From contig CM119371.1 in assembly GCA_051294905.1 (NCBI GenBank), positions 2,544,001 to 2,608,000 of the forward strand: DNA of 64,000 nt, written 5' to 3'. This stretch comes from Botryllus schlosseri. Taxonomy: Eukaryota. Numbering within the stretch: the stretch's first letter is position 1; every line of letters starts with the position of its first letter. Shown piece by piece: positions 1-14,412 of this stretch. The position numbers were made by a program, and so were the translations under genes. The notes below the pieces were generated by a model. That model was given only the letters and a program-made list of their open reading frames with translations. It was not told the DNA's origin and did no database searches.

Positions 1-533
1 GAGCCAAAATGCGCAATGAATCAAGATGACTTGTGACTCGAAGGTAGTGACTTGATCCAAACACTGCTGGCTGAAGAGAGAGACATGGGCTATTTTGCAT
101 CATTTACCCATATCTCAGCAGGTACATGATACTACAATAAAGTTGTGCTACACACAGATGGATAGCTTCGCGCAGCATAGAGGCAACTAGCATGGAACAC
201 GGCGGTATTTAAAAATAATTTATTTACAGCTCCATTATGGTAGTTTTCTGAAAAAAATGGCTACAACCAAACTTTTTTCCACAATTTTATGTTTGTGCAA
301 AGCGCAGCGACAATTGAAAACAATCATTTTGCAATATTTTTGTACCACAACATTTCTCAATAACCGTTAACCATTTTCCCCTATCGAAAAACAAAATGAT
401 TTTGCACAAAAATGCTGGTTTTATTTTCGTTTTAATTGGGGTCACCCCTTATAAAGTTGCCGACCGGTGGTCCAGAGTAGGCCAGCCCCACAATACTGAC
501 AAATGTTTTGGCTGAATATTTGACCGCCCATAC

Positions 534-678
534 CTGGTCGTACAAGTCCGTCCCTGCCGAGATACAAATTCCTTTTGCCATCCTTCTCCGCCTTTTGCTT
601 CTTCTGTTCATTTATCATCCTTTCACGTCTGTTCACAGCTTGATCAACTCGAATCTCATTCCCGTCCAGGTTGTTGCC
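534..678 (-). CDS. RBM28: RBM28/Nop4-like exon A (end of RRM3 plus NLYL..GL.R.G motif); open frame, possibly the least decayed copy
   Basis: GNNLDGNEIRVDQAV...KRNLYLGRDGLVRPG resembles RBM28 LDGRQLKVDLAV...RNLYLAREGLIRAG; tgcag acceptor and gtatg donor; 145 nt. Confidence 0.7.
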
Positions 679-1942
679 CTGCAATGGTAGTCAGATAGTC
701 GCAAATATGTTTACAGAGAGAATTGTACAATAGGGGTACTTTTTTTCAAATTTCATCGGCGTTATTGTCAAATCGTCAGGTTACATTAAAAACCTTGCAC
801 AACAAATTTAACTCCATTCCAACCAGTAGATGCCGTGGTCAGTCAAATTGGTCATTTTTAATAATAGTATTTACGGTGACCAATTTCGTCATAACGACAT
901 GACCCAAAATCATATTCCATGTATTCCTGAAGAGGCAGGAATGTCTTTTCCACTTGTTTTGATCTTGACAAGGGCCTGTGGCGGAGTTTGGATGAAGACA
1001 TCGCCAGTAAACGAAAAAAGATATGACATGGATTAGCTGAAATTAGTTCACGTCACTGAAATAGACACCGTAAAAATCAATTCACGGTCGAGTCACTCAG
1101 GTAGTTGATTTTGACAACCCTACTCATGAGTAGTAAAAGGAGATTGTCAGTGGTCATTAACTCTGACAAAACATTATTCAATAATGAGTGGCAGCATCTC
1201 TAAATCTATTCGGGTGGCCAACAAGTTACAAACCCCTTAGGAGTGTATATTTTCACATAATTTGTCAGGTGCCGCCGAGTATAATATTACTTACTGGTAT
1301 GCAGACTTGTGTAAGCTACCAATCTGGATAGTTTAAGGTCAATTAAAAACTGTTTTTTTTATTAGTTCAAGTTGTGGATTTTGAAAAGTGAGTAGTTTTA
1401 GTTACAGTAGCGCATTAAAAAACTAGCTGCCAATAACTGGAAAACTCACGTCATCGTTTTGCGTGAATCGTGATACCGTCTTTGTGTTGTGTGATGTTCT
1501 TGCAGCCATTTCTAGCTCTGAGTCATCACTAAAGAGACTGTCGTAGGGGTGTTAGGGGTTTAAAGCCTTCCCATTTTAACTAGAACCCATTACTTTTATA
1601 AGGGACGATTCTGTATCCAATATTTCCTATCTCGTTAGCGATTCAGTAATTTGTATTATCAGTGCTGCCAATTATCAACATTCGACAGTGCATAGCGGTA
1701 TGCGATCTAGTTAGTTAGTTGCAGAGCTTTAATGGTCGTGGTTCCAGTTACGCATCTCGAACACCCAGTAGTTTGTAGGAGTCTGTTGGTATATATTATT
1801 CTAGGAAGTGGGTAGAGTTTTATCATTGGCCGAATGATTATGATCAAGTGTTGTAAAGGAAAAATGATACCATAAAATGAAACAGAAAACGAGAAAAGGT
1901 AATGTCAAAGTCACAAAATGTCTGCTTTGCTTGCAGTTTTAC

Positions 1943-2151
1943 CTGTTTTTCAATGAAATTCAACTATGATCGGTACAAAGATGCCAGGATTGTCATCAAA
2001 ACTTTTCGAAGCTTTCAAAGCGTGCTCGTGCTCGGTGATGTTAATGAATGCGTATCAGAGCGGTCTTCCGATTCCATCTTTGTTGAAAGTCTTCTCGAGA
2101 ATCCACGTTAACTGCACCATGTCGATCTTTGAATTGGGACAGGAGAAGCTC
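1943..2151 (-). pseudogene. RBM28: RBM28-like exon C (RRM4), with stop codons
   Basis: ...GRPL*YAFINITEHEHALKA..DNPGIF..IVEFH* resembles RBM28 GYAFAEFQEHEHALKALR..NNPEIF..PIVEFS; ttttcag acceptor and gtaaa donor. Confidence 0.75.
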
Positions 2152-3720
2152 CTGAAAACATAATGGAATCACTTTATCGAAGTACTCCTCAGAGTAAACG
2201 AGTTAGTCACACAAAAGGCTACAGACAAAATATAGAACAGCGCTTCTCCACCTTATCAGCTTGTGTAACGGTAAAATTTCCAAAAATCAAGGTCAACACA
2301 GAATGTAATGACGACAACAGCAAGGCAATTTGAAACCAAGAATCTTAACATTAATCAAATGAGAAATTTGCTACTGTCCCTTTGATATCACACCTGTTAT
2401 ATCAGGTTTCATTGAAGCCTCTGAGAGACGGGATAAAACCAACCACTATTGACCATTTGGTGTATTTTGGAAGAAACGCGACCAAATGTTTGCCAGATGT
2501 ATAATACTGTCAATCATCGCTAATTTGGTATTTTAGAATGTCCTCAATTTTCGGAAAGTATTTATGACTCATGACTGGTCTTTAACGAGTTGTAGGCTAC
2601 TTTCAAACATGGTACAGCACTTGAAGCATTTTTCGTTGAAGACTTCCAGGTTAGCATAAGGTATCGCCAGGTTAGAAAAGGTTAAGTACCACTGCTCTAG
2701 TCATTTAGTATACTACCTCGATGATAGCACTTCATAGAACACACACATATTTCAGCAGAGTAGCTGTATCCAGTGATAATCAGTTTAACGATAGACTTGG
2801 GTCATAGCTATGAATGGAAATTGTTAACATGACGAATCGAATATTCTACTTATGCTACTTGTTCGAGGTTCTTATGCGAGGACAGTGGTTCTTAACCTTT
2901 ACTAACCCGGTGAACCGTTACATTAATCTGAAAGCATTTGGAGAACCCCATATTTTTAGCAAGTCACTAATAAGCTACCAGGTAACACATCTAATACACT
3001 ACCGTACTATAGAATACTAGTCCACTGAATCAACTTTGCATTACCATCACTGTTGAAGGAAAAAAACATATAACGTGATCACGCAACATATATTACAGTA
3101 AATGATTGAGACTTATGCTGTATGAGTCTGATTCAGAATGACTTGGACAACTAAATATTTCTGGTTGTTTGATTTCACTAATTATAGGAAAATGTCGGTA
3201 ATATAATTCTAACATAATTAGTGAAAATTTTCTTTGCTCTAATTCTAATTCGATTTCCTAATTCTAACGTATTTTCTGGTTCATCCAGAATTGCTACAGG
3301 AGAACTGTACCGTGCAAAACGAGTCGAGCATAGTGTGCAGACATTTGTCAGCGTCATGCTTATGAGAATAAGGTCTGATATGATATGAACTGGACTTTCT
3401 TCCATGTCAAGCTTTTGCAAATTGAGTAATTCTAATTACAATCTAATTTGGTAAAACTGTGTGACTATGTAACTCGGAGTCTGGTCTAATTTGAAAAAAA
3501 AAACGGTCCAGTTATAATTCGAGTTCTAGTCTAATTCGGAGGAGAAAAAAAAACTGTGCAGCTGTAACTCTAATTCTAATCTAATTTCAAAAACCTAAAA
3601 ATCATGTAGTTGTCCAAGTCTGGCTCATAAAACCCCTGGGGTAGTAGTATGAGCCCCGGTTAGTAGGCACCGCTCCAAGGTAAAATACAAAGCATGCTAA
3701 CAGTTGTGATTCTGACATAC

Positions 3721-3878
3721 CTTCAACTTTTTACCGTTCACACTTCTAGGAAGATTGTCAAAATAAAGTCAAGTCGCAGAGAGACATTAGGATTTTTTCT
3801 GTTTGGCCCGTTTGGCATTGTTGATCTTTTCACGTTTCTTCCATTCTATTGCGTTGAGACCTTCCGCGGCTCGCGTTC
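3721..3878 (-). pseudogene. RBM28: RBM28-like exon B (linker and RRM4 start), frameshifted
   Basis: GTRAAEGLNAIEWKKREKINNAKRAK...DNLPRSVNGKKLK resembles GTKAAEGVSAADMAKRER...HNLPKAVDDKQLR; canonical AG/GT ends. Confidence 0.75.
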
Positions 3879-4542
3879 CTACACAAAAAAAAACACAGCC
3901 GGTCAGTGTAGTCAGCGTTGCAATTTGCTGCAAGTGTTAATTTAATCGGATGTGGCTACTTTCGAAGTAGATTCTCGATTAGAGCAACATGATTCACACA
4001 ATACACAGGAAGAATCTTGGAAACCATTTTTAACTACAACAACACAGGGGACCGTAACTCAGTAAAATAAGTGTTGTAACTCATCTCAAAACTACTCTGT
4101 AGTTTTCAAAATCAAAATGCAATAGTAAGTACCGTAGTTAGGTCGTGAAGTAGAAATGGAAGTAGTCATAACATAACCAATTTAATTAGTTACCGGTATA
4201 CTAAACAAAACATGCTAAAAAGTTTTAGGAATCAAAATGGAGTCAAATGCCATCCAAGCGGAAGCAGGAATCTTCATAGCAAACAAAAACTTCATGTTGA
4301 GTGAAAATGAGCTTTCAAAGTTGGTATATAATAGTTGCAAAAATCATCTAAAATACTTCAGAATCACTGGGTGATACGAACTCAAACGGGAACTGTACCT
4401 TGTATCACTCGGATACTATGATGTTTAATTATGATAAAAATGTACGAGAATGGGTCTTTGATAAAAATGTGTTACATGATACCATGCCATAGACTGCAGG
4501 TCTGTCAGATATAATACAATTTTATACATCGATACGCTAGTG

Positions 4543-5717
4543 CAGTGCTTTTCAACCTTTTTGAACACCATCAGCACTTTTTCTGCAAGATAAATTTCAT
4601 GGCAACAAACCAACCGAAAATTGTTATACAAAACGAAAATGTGGATACTTAACAAGATTTTGTTTATATGTGTAAGAAGTAGGCGACTGGTTCAGGCTAT
4701 TAAATGTCTCATTAAAAAGACCACTCTATTCCGTAGTTTTGATTTCAACTATAGTGCATTAAACCCTTTTCGGCGAAATAAGTGTTCGGTTTTGTACAAG
4801 AACTTCTAGTGCTTGGATATCCAGGTGTTTATAAGAACCATCCCGCACTCCTATCCAGAATACAGCGTCTTTTCCTTGTGCAAAAAAAAAATGTTTCCGA
4901 CAAAGGTCCCACAACCTCCAGTTCGTCGAATGGCTGCAAAACCTGCATTTCTGCTTCAATGCTTCTGTCATCTGACTTGAAAAGCAAGCTCCAAAACTGA
5001 CAAGAAGAATAAGCACATATGAGCTGGATACCTTATGATACGCTGATAAACAGTGACCTTGGATATATAGAAACAATATGCGAAAAATTCCACATATTTT
5101 ACCTGCATATTATCAGACCACTTAGGTGGCGTGGAGAATCAAAATTATACCATTTGCAACCAATACTTTGAGGAGCCGTGACGGGGACAGAATTCGCTTT
5201 CCAGAAACTTGCAAGTGTGAGTCTGTGATGATGGTATGTATTACTATATTCGTGTCTCGTGCTAATCATACCATTTTTACGAAAATATGATGATTGTCCA
5301 GAGAAATAAAGCAGACAGTCATTTTAAGTCAATAATCCCGCGTGTCGCAACCTCAGACTCAGTTGATGTACTGTAACCTATACATGCCACTACACCCGGT
5401 TTTGAACAAGACTTTTTAGTATGTAATAAATACAGCGCACAAATAGTAATTCACTGCGGCTGGCGTGAGACAAAGTTATTGTAAAAGATACGAATAGGTC
5501 AAACACGTTTTTGCATTTACGTTTCAACGACCAAGGTTATGGAGCCACTGCACTCGAATTTCCTATCAGATTTATTCAAATTATTCCACGCCAGAACAAG
5601 TACGGTGACACTTATTCACTATTTTCATCCGCATTCATCTGCACCACGTCTCTCATCCGCACTGCACATTTTTCCATCCGCACAAATGCGTACCATCCCA
5701 CAGGTTGAAAGGCACTG
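4543..5717 (-). mobile_element. Decayed hAT Charlie/Buster-type element with a transposase C-terminal remnant (~4640-4980)
   Basis: Ends cagtgcttttcaacc / ggttgaaaggcactg; flanks cgctagtg / cactagtt (6/8, TA at positions 4-5); remnant FWIGV...Y..L...ALEVL...TY..EKG. Confidence 0.6.
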
Positions 5718-6274
5718 CACTAGTTCATTCAATGGAGAACATCAAACTTTTGAATCGATTTATAAATTCCTAATGTATTTATCTGCGTCTTGTCATGACA
5801 GAGTTCCTGCCCTACTTTGGTCTTGGCATACATCCCAATTCACAATAATGTAATTGCTGAAGCAAACTTTTTAAAAATAACCTACCTTTCAACTACTTGA
5901 AGAATATTTATATGTGATTGTGTAACCGAAGAAGACTTGTAAACCAAATTCGTTACATATTGAATCTACCTTTTGGAGAGATCTGTGAGTATAATGGAGT
6001 CTGGAGTCCAGCCCACACCTAAATTGTTGCCTTTTGAAAAGAAATCCAAGAATCTGAATCAAGTTAGTGCTTTTTAATAGAGCCACATACAACGAGTGTG
6101 ATACCAAAAAGGCACTAGCAACTGTCTAATTAAAAGGAGCCTCTGATATTTGCTTTCAATTTGTACACTTCCCTTAAATACATTTTAGGGTAATTTTGAT
6201 TTTTGATGACTGGTCTAGAGTAGGGCAGCACCACAATACTGAAAAGCTTGCGTTGGAGATTGGCCCTCATGTAC

Positions 6275-6424
6275 CAGGTCGAACGAGACATTACCTGCCG
6301 CGATACGAATTCCTCTTGTTCTAAATTTCATGATTTCGCTTCTTCTGTTGACTGCGAATCCTTTTTATGTCAGTACTGCTCACTGCTTGATACGCTTGAA
6401 TCTCTTTCACGTTCAGGATCTTGC
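6275..6424 (-). pseudogene. RBM28: RBM28-like exon A copy with stops
   Basis: GKILNVKEIQAYQAVS...KRNSYRGR*CLVRPG; paralog of 534-678; AG/GT ends. Confidence 0.65.
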
Positions 6425-6585
6425 CTGGAATGGCAGCCATAGATTTATTTACAGACAGACTTGTACAGACTACCGATCTAGTTATTTGGTGGTCAACTAA
6501 CTACCGATTATTCAGTTAGTTCTAGTTGCGGATTTTGAAAAACTTCTAGCTCATGTTGCGGATTTCATAAGGTTAGTAGTGATAG

Positions 6586-7100
6586 CAGGGTTCTAATGAC
6601 TCGACTCGAGTCACGATTTTTGGTGAACCGACTGGACTCGCGTATTTTCTACAAATGCAAAAAATGACTCAAATCGACTCGAGTTATTTTGTGCATTGAC
6701 TCAACTTGTACCTGAGTCATTATACATGACTCGAACCTAGTCATGTGACTTGAGACTAGGACGGCCAAGACAGACATTTCATGGTGACTTCAAAAAATAG
6801 TTATGTAACCATATTATTGGTATTTCGGCTATCGGTCCTGGTACTTGTACAATAGGGTCAGGAACTGTTAGAATTGAGGAAAATTACGATATTATGAACG
6901 CAGGCATTTCTATATCACTAGAGCACAGTTGAAAACATGGGTTGAATCGGATTGAGATCAAAACTTAACAGTGAACACAATGACATGGACTCGGACTTGA
7001 CTCGATGTTGTATTGAAAATGACTCGACTTGACTCGAGTTAAAACTATAAAAGTGAAATTGACTTGTGACTCGGATTCTTGTGACTTGGTCACAACCCTG
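6586..7100. mobile_element. hAT-type MITE rich in GACTC/GAGTC repeats
   Basis: Ends cagggtt / caaccctg; same family as 22115-22641; TSD degenerate. Confidence 0.6.
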
Positions 7101-7434
7101 AGTTCTAGTCGCACAATTATAAAATAAACAACTAGAAAACACGCGTTTTCCTATGAAGTAAATCATGATACCAGAGTTCTGTCGTGATAGGTTCTTGCGG
7201 TCATCACTACTGACAGGGGCATAGCCTGGGTTTGAGGGTCGAAACCAGTTCCTATTAAAATGCAGTTTCTATCTCATTTGCAATGCAAAGTTTGTATTAT
7301 AATCAGAGTTAGATGTGTTTTATTTAGATAGTATGAGATTTCCAAAGGCCGTTAGGTCTACATGTACTTGTAGTTGCGAGTTTTGCAACAGCCGCAATAG
7401 CGAATTAAAACTAAACACGGACACATCTACTTAC

Positions 7435-7516
7435 ATTTTCGTCTCAATTCAGCACGTCGACAGAGTTTGTCGCTTCTTCCGAGGTCTTGAATTCGACGAG
7501 AGCACATCTCTTGGTC
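7435..7516 (-). pseudogene. RBM28: RBM28-like exon Z (RRM3 RNP1), stop codon, 5' part lost
   Basis: KRCALVEFKTSEEATNSVDVLN*DEN then gtaagt; resembles SKGCAFAQF.T.EAA.KC. Confidence 0.6.
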
Positions 7517-8087
7517 ATTTTTCTCCGATTCAACTTCCGAAATAACCATCTCTTGTCGATTCGGTCCATACTTCGCAAAATTTGCGGTCTTTGGGGGTAT
7601 TTTAGACTAAAAATAAGGACAAATTGCCAAAAAATTAAGTTTTGGCGAAGGGAGAACAGTTCTTAAAAAAGGAGGACAAATCCTCCGAAATGTGGGCGCA
7701 TAGTTAGAAGTTCATGCTTTCAACTTGAGAAGCCTTACTGACTACTTTGACCACCTCTGCATACCATCCACTTTTCCACTGATTGTGACGTCAGGGTCAA
7801 AATTCGAGTGCGTCACACATATATTCCTCACCATGTTAGTTATGAAAGCAGGCAACAATCTACACCACCCAAGAAACGTGGATGGCAGATTTGTACGAAC
7901 TACCAATCTAGTTAGTTGACAGTTAACCAACTACTGGCTTTTTTGAGTAGTTCTAGTTGCAACTGCACGTTTCGAAAACTTAGCAGTTTTAGTTCTAGTT
8001 TCAAGTTTTGAAAATCCAGTGGTTCGCACATGTCTGGCGGACTACTAACTAGCAATACAATGAGACACGTAACAAAATAAGCTCTAC

Positions 8088-8223
8088 CTTGGCATAGAAA
8101 ATCCGAGGAAGCCTTGGCCAAACCGCCTTCCAAAACATTGAGACAGATTTTGACCAAATTCAGTCCGTACTTTGCGACCATCGTCAGACGTCTTGGAAGC
8201 GTGTTTCTTCTTGGACTCGACAA
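8088..8223 (-). pseudogene. RBM28: RBM28-like exon Y (RRM3 start), frameshifted
   Basis: Paralog of 11703-11848; tttcag acceptor and gtagag donor; collinear with exons Z-A-B-C downstream. Confidence 0.55.
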
Positions 8224-9555
8224 CTGAAAGCACGCAAGCACTAAAACCAAGCACACATAGCATGCGCTTGAAATTGCGTTTACTGACCTCTTATGGGTGT
8301 AACTAATTACCAATGTCGTCAACTCTACTACTTCTGTTGCAATAATGCGGGTATTATACCGACGTGAGAGACATGGCGCATATTTTCGTTTGTATATTCA
8401 TATTATGTTGAATTGCACAAAATCAGGGCAATTTCATTCTACCTGTAAGAATGGGTACAGCGATATATATAGAGAGAGCAGACAACCAGATGGGGATAGA
8501 AGCCGTCATTGATGTAAATCGAGTAAAATAATCTAACAGTTCCTGGTGGAGTCGAGACAGTTGCTGACATTGATGCTACACCAGTAGAATAATAAAATAT
8601 TTCCTGGCAGCGTCGAGATTGTTATCAAAATTTATGCTTCTAAAGTATAGTTGACGACATTGACTACATATCCACGCCCGCCTCTTAACGGGTCTCCAAA
8701 TGTACACTGTCACTTTTAAACTAGATTTTGTGGTATCGGGTACGTGGACTGTAAGACTAACACCATGATCACAAAGTACAAACAACTAGAAATAACATCA
8801 CTAAGCACCTGGAACAGAGGAAATGATATTATTAAATGATATTTTCTCGAAAGTCAGGTGTGATTTACTTGATGTGGAGTTAGATGTTGAGCGAAGCGTT
8901 TTCGTTGGGGACATCGTCGTATTGAGGTTGACATTTTCGTAGACACTCGATTCAGGAGTCGGTTGCCCGGATTTTGTCAATGTCTTTTCCTCTTTAACGC
9001 AATCTCGATTATTAACAAATACTAGAAAATTTTCAGCTTTCCCAAATTAGGTAAACTGACACCTACAGTGTTTTTCCAAATTCTATTACAACTAGAATGA
9101 CAGTACACTGGTTTTTCCGATAAGATTAAAATTAGAATTAGAATCGTTGAATTCGCAAAAACTTGTAAACTGAATTAAATTACGGATTAGAAAGAAGTAC
9201 AACAACCAAAGCAAGTTCATTTTAGAATAGCAAAGAAGAATAGCAAATGTCTGTACAGCAAGCACGGCTCGTCTCGCACTATACAGTTCTCCTATAGCAG
9301 TGGTTTTCAACCTTTTTGTTTTCTCGGACCCCTTTTGGACCGACAGGGACTCCCGCGGATCCCGTATAGTTTTCGCTCTAAATTAGTTAAGGCCTAGAAA
9401 CTGTGCTTTATCTGTATTCATGAGCATGAACATTAGTAGTGAAAAAAACGAGTATATCATGGTTGTTACTGGTAGTGACGAGAACACGCAAATATTAGGA
9501 TTTTAAAACATTGATTTGTCAAATAATGTAATTCACAATTTACTCTGAACTTTAC

Positions 9556-9717
9556 TTTGAATCGCCTCAGTATGTCTGTCGGAGATTGATGCTTGTAAGA
9601 CTCCGACTGATCGGTTGAGATTGTCATGCAAATCTTTTGCAAAAGGAATTCTGATTCACCGGAAGAGCAGCCTTTCAAATGAGATGCTATGTGTGATGAT
9701 CTTGTGATTGCAATCAA
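9556..9717 (-). pseudogene. Exon X, probably RBM28 RRM2 end (VD[W]AI) plus linker
   Basis: ttacag acceptor, GT donor; duplicated at 17168-17330; both copies lie upstream of an exon Y copy; VDWAI reading needs a 1-nt indel. Confidence 0.35.
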
Positions 9718-11702
9718 CTGTAATATAAAGAGAAGTGGTTACATCAAGTAGAGTCAGTAAACGTATACATCTATATATAGCACAGCACCCACATATATTG
9801 ATCTATTTCTTATCGTTTACAGGCAGAAATGGTCAAGATGTCCTCGGAGTTACTCAGGTAGAAGTAACGTTATACATTTCTACTCGAGTACAATCAGAAG
9901 TTGCGATTTACAAGTAAGTAAAAGGTTAAATGTTAGGCTTGCCTAGAAAACTGAAAACGGTTCAAGTATAAGTGCAAGTGGTCCAAAAGCATAACCACTC
10001 GAGTAACTAGTGCTAGTATGCAAAACCTATTTGGATTTGAGTACTATGAAAAATTAAAATAGCTTGATATATATATGTATAGGTCTAGCTCTGTCTGCGT
10101 TCAGACTTGGAGCACCATGGAAGTATCCATCAAAAAAGGGAGCTTCAAAGATTTAAGTTATAGCAATGGTTGTAGATGTCTGTACTTGAAGCGAGATGAA
10201 ATATATGATGAATATCAACTGTTACATCGGCATGATCAACGAAGGTGGGAGTCATCAGTTTGATCGGCAGATGATGAAATATCCGATGACGGTCAGGCTC
10301 TAGTTCAGTGGTTCTCAACTGAGCGTCCGCGATAGCTACTAATTTGCAGAAATGGTTCATGGCCTAATCTGTATTTTTTTAATTAGATAAATAACGCGGC
10401 AGCTTAACTTCATAACTGCTAACACTTCAGAACCGTATTATTGCCACGAATTCCATGATTGTATACTAGGAGTTAGTTTAGTTATTAGACGTGCTCAGTG
10501 ATAGAGTATTTCTACTTTTGTATTTCTACAGGGTTGTAACCAAGTCACAAGGTTCCAGGTCAATCTCACTTTTATAGTTCTGACTCGAGTCAAGTCGAGT
10601 CATTTTGAATTCACCACCGACTCAAGTCTGAGTCATGTCAGGATTGTCAGCAAGCAGAGAATCGAGTCTGAGTCTTGATATTATGACTCGAGTCCGAGTC
10701 CAATTCATTGCGTCGACTGATCAGTTTTCCGCGTAAGTATTGTTTAATTCAATTTTTATAACTGTTTGGTGATATCGAATGGTTCGCAATTATAATATAC
10801 TAATATATTTTAAACTCGTAACAGTTTCTGGTTTCATTTTCAAGTACGGCTAGCAATAGATGAAATACCAATAGTGTGGCTACTTTACTATTTTTCGAAA
10901 TTACACTGAAATGTCCGCGTTGAAAAACCGACCTACTTACTTCTCAACCATGATGATTTGTCAAGTGGAAGTAGTTTGGGGATGAGCTCGCGTGAATTTT
11001 TGAGCTACATTGGCATGACACGTGGGCGAAATATCCCTGCATCACAAACATAAAATATATTTCTGAAAATTGCACATAAGCCTAATGTCGCGTCATTTGT
11101 CATGCTACGTTACTCACGGAGATGCGCATGCAATTCCGAAAATATCAAACTTCGATTACTTGCTAAAAGCGTGTAACACGTCCAACAAATTGACTTTTTC
11201 GGACTACTTACTCGTTTACTTTTCAGACCTTTCATTTTGTGCGTACCCTGGACGTAGACATTTAAAATCTATTTGAGATCGAGTAGAAATTTAAGACTAT
11301 CTTTCACCTCCATTTGAGTTTCTTCCTCAACTACTTAGATCACCTAGTAACCTACTGTACAGTTTTCCAGTTGTATGTTCAAACCTGCGGACCCTTATTT
11401 TTCGCATCAAGTTCAAGAACTGCGTCACGCACATTGCTCACCATGTTAGTGATAAGAACAGGCATCAGTCTACACCACACAAGAACCGCGTACAATAAGA
11501 TTTGTACTGCCAATCTAGATTGTTGACGGTATACTAACTACAGGGTTTTTATAGTAGGCCTAGTTTTAGTTCTAGTTGCAGGGATTAAAAAGTGGGTAGT
11601 TCTGGTTCTAGATTTTTGATCTAAAAATCAAGTAGCTCACACAAGACTCGCGGACTGCCGACCAGTGATGCAACGAGACACAAGTTACAAAATAAGCTCT
11701 AC

Positions 11703-11848
11703 CTTGGCATCGTAAATCTGACCATGCACCGAAAAAGCCTCGGCCAAAACGTTTTCCAAAAATTGACAGATTTCGAACGAACAATCCAGCCGTCCTTTGT
11801 GAACATCATTAGACGTCTTGGGATCGCGTTTCGTCTTGGACTTAATTA
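11703..11848 (-). pseudogene. RBM28: RBM28-like exon Y copy
   Basis: SNDVHKGR..[L]FVRNLS..ENVLAEAFSVHGQIYDAK across a frameshift resembles SDVNEGKTVFIRNLSF..ELGE...FGELKY; AG/GT ends. Confidence 0.6.
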
Positions 11849-12560
11849 CTAAAAGCAAACGGGAACTAAGACCAAGCACACAAAGCATGGCTCGAAATGC
11901 CGTTTTGCTGATCTCTTAAGGGTGTAGCTATCTACCTAATGTCGCCAATTACGGTATACTGCTTGAGTAGCGATATCTCGTGAACTATACTGAAGTGAGA
12001 AAGCTGTTCAAAAGTAACTTAATCTTTCAAATTTCACTGGCTACGTGATAACATTATTATGTTGGCTAAAACAACGCGGCACACCCAATTTGTCTCAATT
12101 CCAACCAGTAGAAGCAAGATTCTTGCAGTAGAAAGTTTTGAATTTAACATATAAAAAATAAAATTTCAAATTATTTCGGCCGACCCCATAAAATTGTTAG
12201 GCTGTCAGTAAAGATGATACTCACCGAATTTGACTCAATTCCAACCAGTAAAAGCGAAGTCATTGCGGTAGAGAAATTTGGGTTTGAATAAAATAGTATT
12301 TACGGTGGCTAACTCTGGAATTATTATTTATTATAAAATCATGGAATCAGATATTTTGCTACTGCAGTAAGTTTGCTTCTAGTGGTTGGAATCGAGCCAA
12401 ATTTGGTGTGTATCATCTCTCTTGACAACCTAACAATTTATGGGGCAGACAGAAAAATTTGAAATTTATTTTTTATATGTATTCCAAATTTTCTACTGCA
12501 AGAATCTCGCTTCAACTGGTTGGAATTAAGTCAAAACTAACAAGTCTTGTAATTGCTTAA

Positions 12561-14412
12561 CCGTTTGGCGCCGGCGTGGGTATTTTTACCCATTGCCCGT
12601 ACGAGGGAAGCGTACTGTAATAGAACCACTATATATCCCGTTCTAATCGTGCTAGGTCGCTGCTGTTCATTTTTGGGGATAGATATTGTTTGTGCACGTT
12701 CATTGATACCATATTATTTGATATATATTATATCTAAGACGTCGAAATCGGATATCAAATACCGTAGATAAATATGTTGCAAAATACACTGTCTCGGCAA
12801 CGCGCGCGTCATTGACCACTATCACATAACGTACTGTATGTTTTGTTCTAGCCGTCTTGGAGCATAGTTGTTTCTTTCTGTGAAAAGCTAGTGTCCATAC
12901 AAGCTCACACATATCTTCATATCTGATATTAGTTACATATAAGGTGTTCAAAATCTATGTGATAGGCCGCGTGACAAAGATATCCGCCGACCGCATCATT
13001 TCGCGGAAACGCGCGTTCCCGATACCCATCATATACCCTGTCGTATATTTGGTTGTATTCGTCATAGTCAGTTGTTGTAGTTTGTTTCTATGAATAGCGC
13101 TTGTCAGCTTCTAATTTTCTTGCTAAAACAACTATACTAGTTATGTCTGCATCGCTCAAGGTTGCATTTGAAAATCGGGAAGAGAATTCTCGCAGCCTAC
13201 CGTAACAGCTTTCAAGCAGATGGATGAATGCTGGTCACATAACGGGATATATATCGAGTTCTAATAAGGATATACCTCCATAGATTGTGTCTGTGAAGAG
13301 TTGTTGCCTATACGATTCTAAATAATGGCTAATAGTCAAGTATAATTCGGAATAAATATAATATTACTCAGCGCACATACCTGCGCAAAAGTGTGCATCT
13401 GGATATAGAAAGAGCTGTCGTATAACGATATATATCTTACGTTGTAGTAATGAAAGGCATTTACGGATTGTCTCTTTCAATAGAACTAGCCAATCTCCAC
13501 CTTCAAGGCCAAAATAAACAACAGTAGTTATGCCTATGTCACCCCAAGGCCGCTTCTGAAAATCGTGAAGAGAATTCCTGCAGACTACCACACTAGTGTC
13601 AAACGCAGGGACGAATATCCGTAACATAATGTGTTATATACTGAATTTTATCGGTAGTTGACATTCTTAGATTGTTTCTGTGGAGAGTACATGCCCATAA
13701 GATTATATCTACATCAGACTAACAGCTAATAGTGATGTATATATGGCAACAAGACCAATTCTACAAGCTGTGTATTCCGCGCAATCGTGTGTATCATGTT
13801 TGTATGAAGTGCTACCATTAACGTCATAAACCTTACGTAGGAGTAAGATATGCGTTTGTGGTTTGTCCTTATAGTTAGGCCTTGACAATCTCCGTTTATC
13901 AATACTAAAGTGACCCATTTACGTGCTGTATAAGCTTTGTAAATGCCCTGGAAGGCTACGCTACATAATAAAGACATGCGCGTCACTCGCTCACTCGCCG
14001 ATGACTCATTCACTCTGCGGCCTGGCGCGTGTTTATTGTGCAAACCGTCAGTGCAGTATCTATTGCATAATGACGATATTAGGGCGTATTAGATCGACTG
14101 AGCCATCTCCTTGATCATGATTTCCTCGCCGATATGATTCACAAGAAGCCTATGTCACCAGATATCCATGTTAAGGTTTATAAAGAGTGCAGTAAATGTA
14201 ATACGTTTCTCATCAACGAATTCTCGGCTTGCTCTTGATATGAGCGGCCAGACACAGGGCTCAAAATGAATTGAGTGGCGCAATTGGACCCGCGTTGACG
14301 TTCTGATTCGAACGACACCTTGGCTACCGTGTTCCAATCCCATTAAGGTACAGTTTTTCGTTTTTGAAAATTGAAGCAAAATTTTTCGAAAATTGCAGCC
14401 GGTGCCAATCGG
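12561..14412. mobile_element. Non-autonomous piggyBac-type element (1.85 kb)
   Basis: TTAA at 12557-12560 and 14413-14416; TIR ccgtttggcgccggc vs reverse complement ccgattggcaccggc (13/15); no transposase ORF. Confidence 0.7.

Noticed and set aside
8443..8808. Exon-like minus-strand segment (CTFGDPLRGGRGY)
   Set aside because: It has AG/GT-like ends but multiple stops and no family I can recognise.
9556..9717. C-type lectin exon
   Set aside because: The Cys spacing is only superficially similar and is not kept in the paralog; its position fits an RBM28 linker exon better.
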